DNA from: Marinobacter sp.
GTDB taxonomy: Bacteria; Pseudomonadota; Gammaproteobacteria; Pseudomonadales; Oleiphilaceae
NCBI RefSeq assembly: GCF_041984545.1
Contig: NZ_JBHIXV010000006.1
Span: forward strand, 33,739-97,738
Length of the DNA stretch: 64,000 bases
Reading direction: 5' to 3'
Shown here: positions 61,753-64,000 of the stretch, piece by piece
How the letters are laid out: the number at the start of each line of letters is the position of its first letter
Position numbering within the stretch: the first letter of the stretch is position 1
The notes under the pieces: model-generated
What the model was told of the DNA's origin: nothing
Databases searched by the model: none
The model's input: the letters and a program-made list of their open reading frames with translations, nothing else
Program-made: the position numbers and the translations under genes

Positions 61753-62220
61753 ATGAAACTTGGAAAACTGTTTGGTACCGCACTGGTTGCCCTGAGCCTG
61801 TCCGTTCCGGCCATGGCCCAGCAGGCCTCTGGCGGGCAACCGGATCAGGTTGACCAGTTGGCCCAGATGGTGGGGCTGACCGAAGACCAGCAAAAGGAAA
61901 TCCGCGCGATCATCGATGAGATGCAGGGTGAGATCGGAGAACTGCGCCAGGAAGCCCGTGCGCTGCAGCAGCAGATGCAGAGCGAGATCAAGTCGGACTT
62001 TGATGAAGGAGCGATCCGCGAGAAAGCGGAGAAGCTGGGCGACCTGACCGGTGAAATTGCCGCGCTGTCCACGCTCATGCAGGCGAAAGTGGATAATGTG
62101 TTCACCCAGGAGCAGCGTGACGAGCTGGACAAGCGTATGCAGCAGATGCAGCAGCAAATGCAGCAGCGTCGTCAGATGCAACAGCAGATGCAGCAGGGGC
62201 AAGGTCAGGGCATGCAGTAA
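61753..62220 (+). CDS. Spy/CpxP family periplasmic chaperone
   Basis: Signal peptide; LTEDQ and FTQEQ (LTxxQ-like) motifs; Q/M-rich tail. Confidence 0.85.
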   Translation: MKLGKLFGTALVALSLSVPAMAQQASGGQPDQVDQLAQMVGLTEDQQKEIRAIIDEMQGEIGELRQEARALQQQMQSEIKSDFDEGAIREKAEKLGDLTGEIAALSTLMQAKVDNVFTQEQRDELDKRMQQMQQQMQQRRQMQQQMQQGQGQGMQ

Positions 62221-62251
62221 GCCTGACTTTCAGTCAGACCTGTTGTTGGAG

Positions 62252-62284
62252 AAGGGCCGCATCCTTGGGTGTGGCCCTTTTTTT
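62252..62284 (+). terminator. Intrinsic terminator after the spy-like gene
   Basis: AAGGGCCGCATCC-loop-GGGTGTGGCCCTTTTTTT. Confidence 0.85.
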
Positions 62285-62313
62285 CGGTTGGTAGCCTGCT
62301 GGTTTGGCGGGAG

Positions 62314-62423
62314 GAACAGGGGTGTTGGCCCCTCCCAAAAAACGCTACGAGCACATCCATGTGCGCTTGGCTGTGGCCATCCTTGGCCACAGACATTTTT
62401 GGGAGGGGCCAACACCCCTGTTC
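62314..62423 (+). repeat. Palindromic element, copy 1 (28-bp perfect IR around a 54-nt core)
   Basis: 62314-62341 is the exact reverse complement of 62396-62423. Confidence 0.93.
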
Positions 62424-62509
62424 TGCAGAGCCCACGTTTATACCAACCGAATGGTTTGCCGGCCTGGAGCTTGGCTGGTCCGTTTGTCTCCTATCACTCT
62501 GAAGTTCGG

Positions 62510-62621
62510 AGCTTGGCGGGTGTAGGCCTTTGCCAGAATGTCGGCGGCCATGGATGGCCGACGTCAAGCGCACATGGATGTGCTCGTAGCGGTTCTGGCA
62601 AAGGCCTACACCCGCCGAGCT
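62510..62621 (-). repeat. Palindromic element, copy 2 (29-bp IR with one G-T, around a 54-nt core), inverted relative to copy 1
   Basis: 62510-62538 pairs with 62593-62621; reverse-complemented core matches the copy 1 core at 46/54. Confidence 0.93.
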
Positions 62622-62638
62622 ACCACCCAGCAAGAAGG

Positions 62639-64000
62639 CTAAGAGCCCAAGCCCGAAGCCCCACCCAAGCCAAAGGGCTTAACGAGAACAATGAGCCGAG
62701 GCAGCAGGGTAAGCGCTCCGACCAGGGCCATGAACATGGCAAACCCGGTAAACAGCCCAAAGTAGATGGTCGGGATAAAGTTCGACAGCACCAGAATCGA
62801 GAACCCGGAGATGATCGTCAGCGAGGTGAAGAACATCGCCTGGCCGATGCTTCGGTGGCAGCGGTGCATGGTGGCGATGTAGTCGCCGTCTTTCCGGAAC
62901 TCGGTTTTGAAGCGGTGGATGTAGTGGATGGTGTCGTCCACCGCGATGCCCACCGTGATGGCAGCCACGGTGATGGTCATCATGTCCAGGGGGATGTCCA
63001 GCCAGCCCATCAGGCCCAGCACCGAGCCGGCGGCGATGAGGTTGGGAGCGATGCCGATCAGGGCCAGTTTCAGGGAGCGGAACAGGATCAGGAACATCAG
63101 CATGATGGCCACAAACACCACGCCGATGGTCTTGATCTGGGAATCAAACAGGCTCTGCAGCATGTTGTTGTACATCACCGTCATGCCGGCCAGCATGATC
63201 TGGTCCTGGTCGTAGCCCAGTTCCGTGGTCAGGTGGTTGCGGATCCGGTTCAGGAGGGCTTCCCGCTTCAGATCCGGCATGGTTTCCAGAATGCGGACGC
63301 TGAACCTGGCCTGGTCGTGCTCCTCAGAGATGTACGGCGTCAGCAGCACATCCTGCAGATCGTCGGGCACGGCTGCCGGTACGAAGGCGAGCTCGAGGGC
63401 GTTCAGGGGTTCGCCTTCGTTGATCCTCGCCAGCAGTTTCAGGGTGGTGTTGATGGACAGCACCTTGCCGGTTTCCGGCAGGCCGTCCAGGTATTCGTGA
63501 ACCGCCTCCAGTTCCTGCATTTTCTGGTAGGTGTACCAGGTGTCCCGGTATTCCTCGCCTGCGCCGCAGTCCTCCACGAACGGGTCGCAGTCGCTGGCAA
63601 ACGGATCGCCGCCTGCGCCCTCGGGGGGCGGGTCGTCGGTGATCACCACATCCAGAGGCGTGGTGCCACCCAGACGGTTGTCGATGGTGATCATGCCCTG
63701 GTGTATTTCGGTGGAGGGTTTGAAGTAGTCGATGAAGCTGTTCTCAACCGACAGCCGGGTCAGGCCGACCACGCACAATGCTGCAATCACCGCAGATCCG
63801 ACCAGCACAGTATTGCCGAAGCGTTCGGTGAAGCGGGCAAAGGCGTCGGTAAAGGGCACCCGGTTGGCGGTGACATGGCTGTCGATAGGCGGTGGCAGCA
63901 GGGACAGCAGCGCCGGGAATATGAGGAAGGTGATCAGGAACGCCACGGTCAGCCCAAGGGTCATCATCCAGCCAAAATCAATGACCGGGCGAATACCGCT
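62639..64000 (-). CDS. MMPL/RND family transporter, 5' part outside the window
   Basis: GIAVDDTIHY, SENSF-like VENSFIDYF, GGTTPLDV, multiple TM segments; frame open to the window edge. Confidence 0.93.
   Translation of the reverse strand, partial: SGIRPVIDFGWMMTLGLTVAFLITFLIFPALLSLLPPPIDSHVTANRVPFTDAFARFTERFGNTVLVGSAVIAALCVVGLTRLSVENSFIDYFKPSTEIHQGMITIDNRLGGTTPLDVVITDDPPPEGAGGDPFASDCDPFVEDCGAGEEYRDTWYTYQKMQELEAVHEYLDGLPETGKVLSINTTLKLLARINEGEPLNALELAFVPAAVPDDLQDVLLTPYISEEHDQARFSVRILETMPDLKREALLNRIRNHLTTELGYDQDQIMLAGMTVMYNNMLQSLFDSQIKTIGVVFVAIMLMFLILFRSLKLALIGIAPNLIAAGSVLGLMGWLDIPLDMMTITVAAITVGIAVDDTIHYIHRFKTEFRKDGDYIATMHRCHRSIGQAMFFTSLTIISGFSILVLSNFIPTIYFGLFTGFAMFMALVGALTLLPRLIVLVKPFGLGGASGLGS

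Noticed and set aside
62314-62621. Possible CRISPR repeats or complete IS element
   Set aside because: The copies are inverted, long and internally palindromic, with no transposase ORF. The small ORFs across them are artefacts of the repeat.

Overview
GC-rich gammaproteobacterial chromosome segment. Gene order and protein sequences suggest Marinobacter or a close relative (inference, no search run). It is almost entirely core genome: the 5' end of a probable dciA gene, M23 peptidase, secA-argJ-mutT/ThiE-moaC, ribA, dxs-ispA-xseB, lgt-thyA-folA, deaD, ilvD, proA-nadD-rsfS-rlmH-mrdA-rodA-rlpA-dacA-ybeD-lipB, PPi-type pfk, mpl-ubiX, tRNA-Leu(CAG), rnr-rlmB, rpsF-rpsR-yybS-rplI, dnaB-alr, fnr, fabB, rbgA, spy and part of an MMPL transporter gene. 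I see no integrase, transposase, CRISPR array, prophage or defence locus, and I cannot claim a clearly new system. Best leads: (1) a translationally coupled operon of two membrane GGDEF pseudo-enzymes, both with an intact RxxD I-site and a dead active site, followed by a DedA-PAP2 fusion; (2) an inverted pair of ~110-bp palindromic elements with a shared 54-nt core and mirrored substitutions in their arms; (3) a haloalkane dehalogenase with Asn in place of the nucleophilic Asp; (4) a 4x13-bp tandem copy of a gene's 3' end that puts TAA in all three frames; (5) a dense hairpin cluster between rplI and dnaB.
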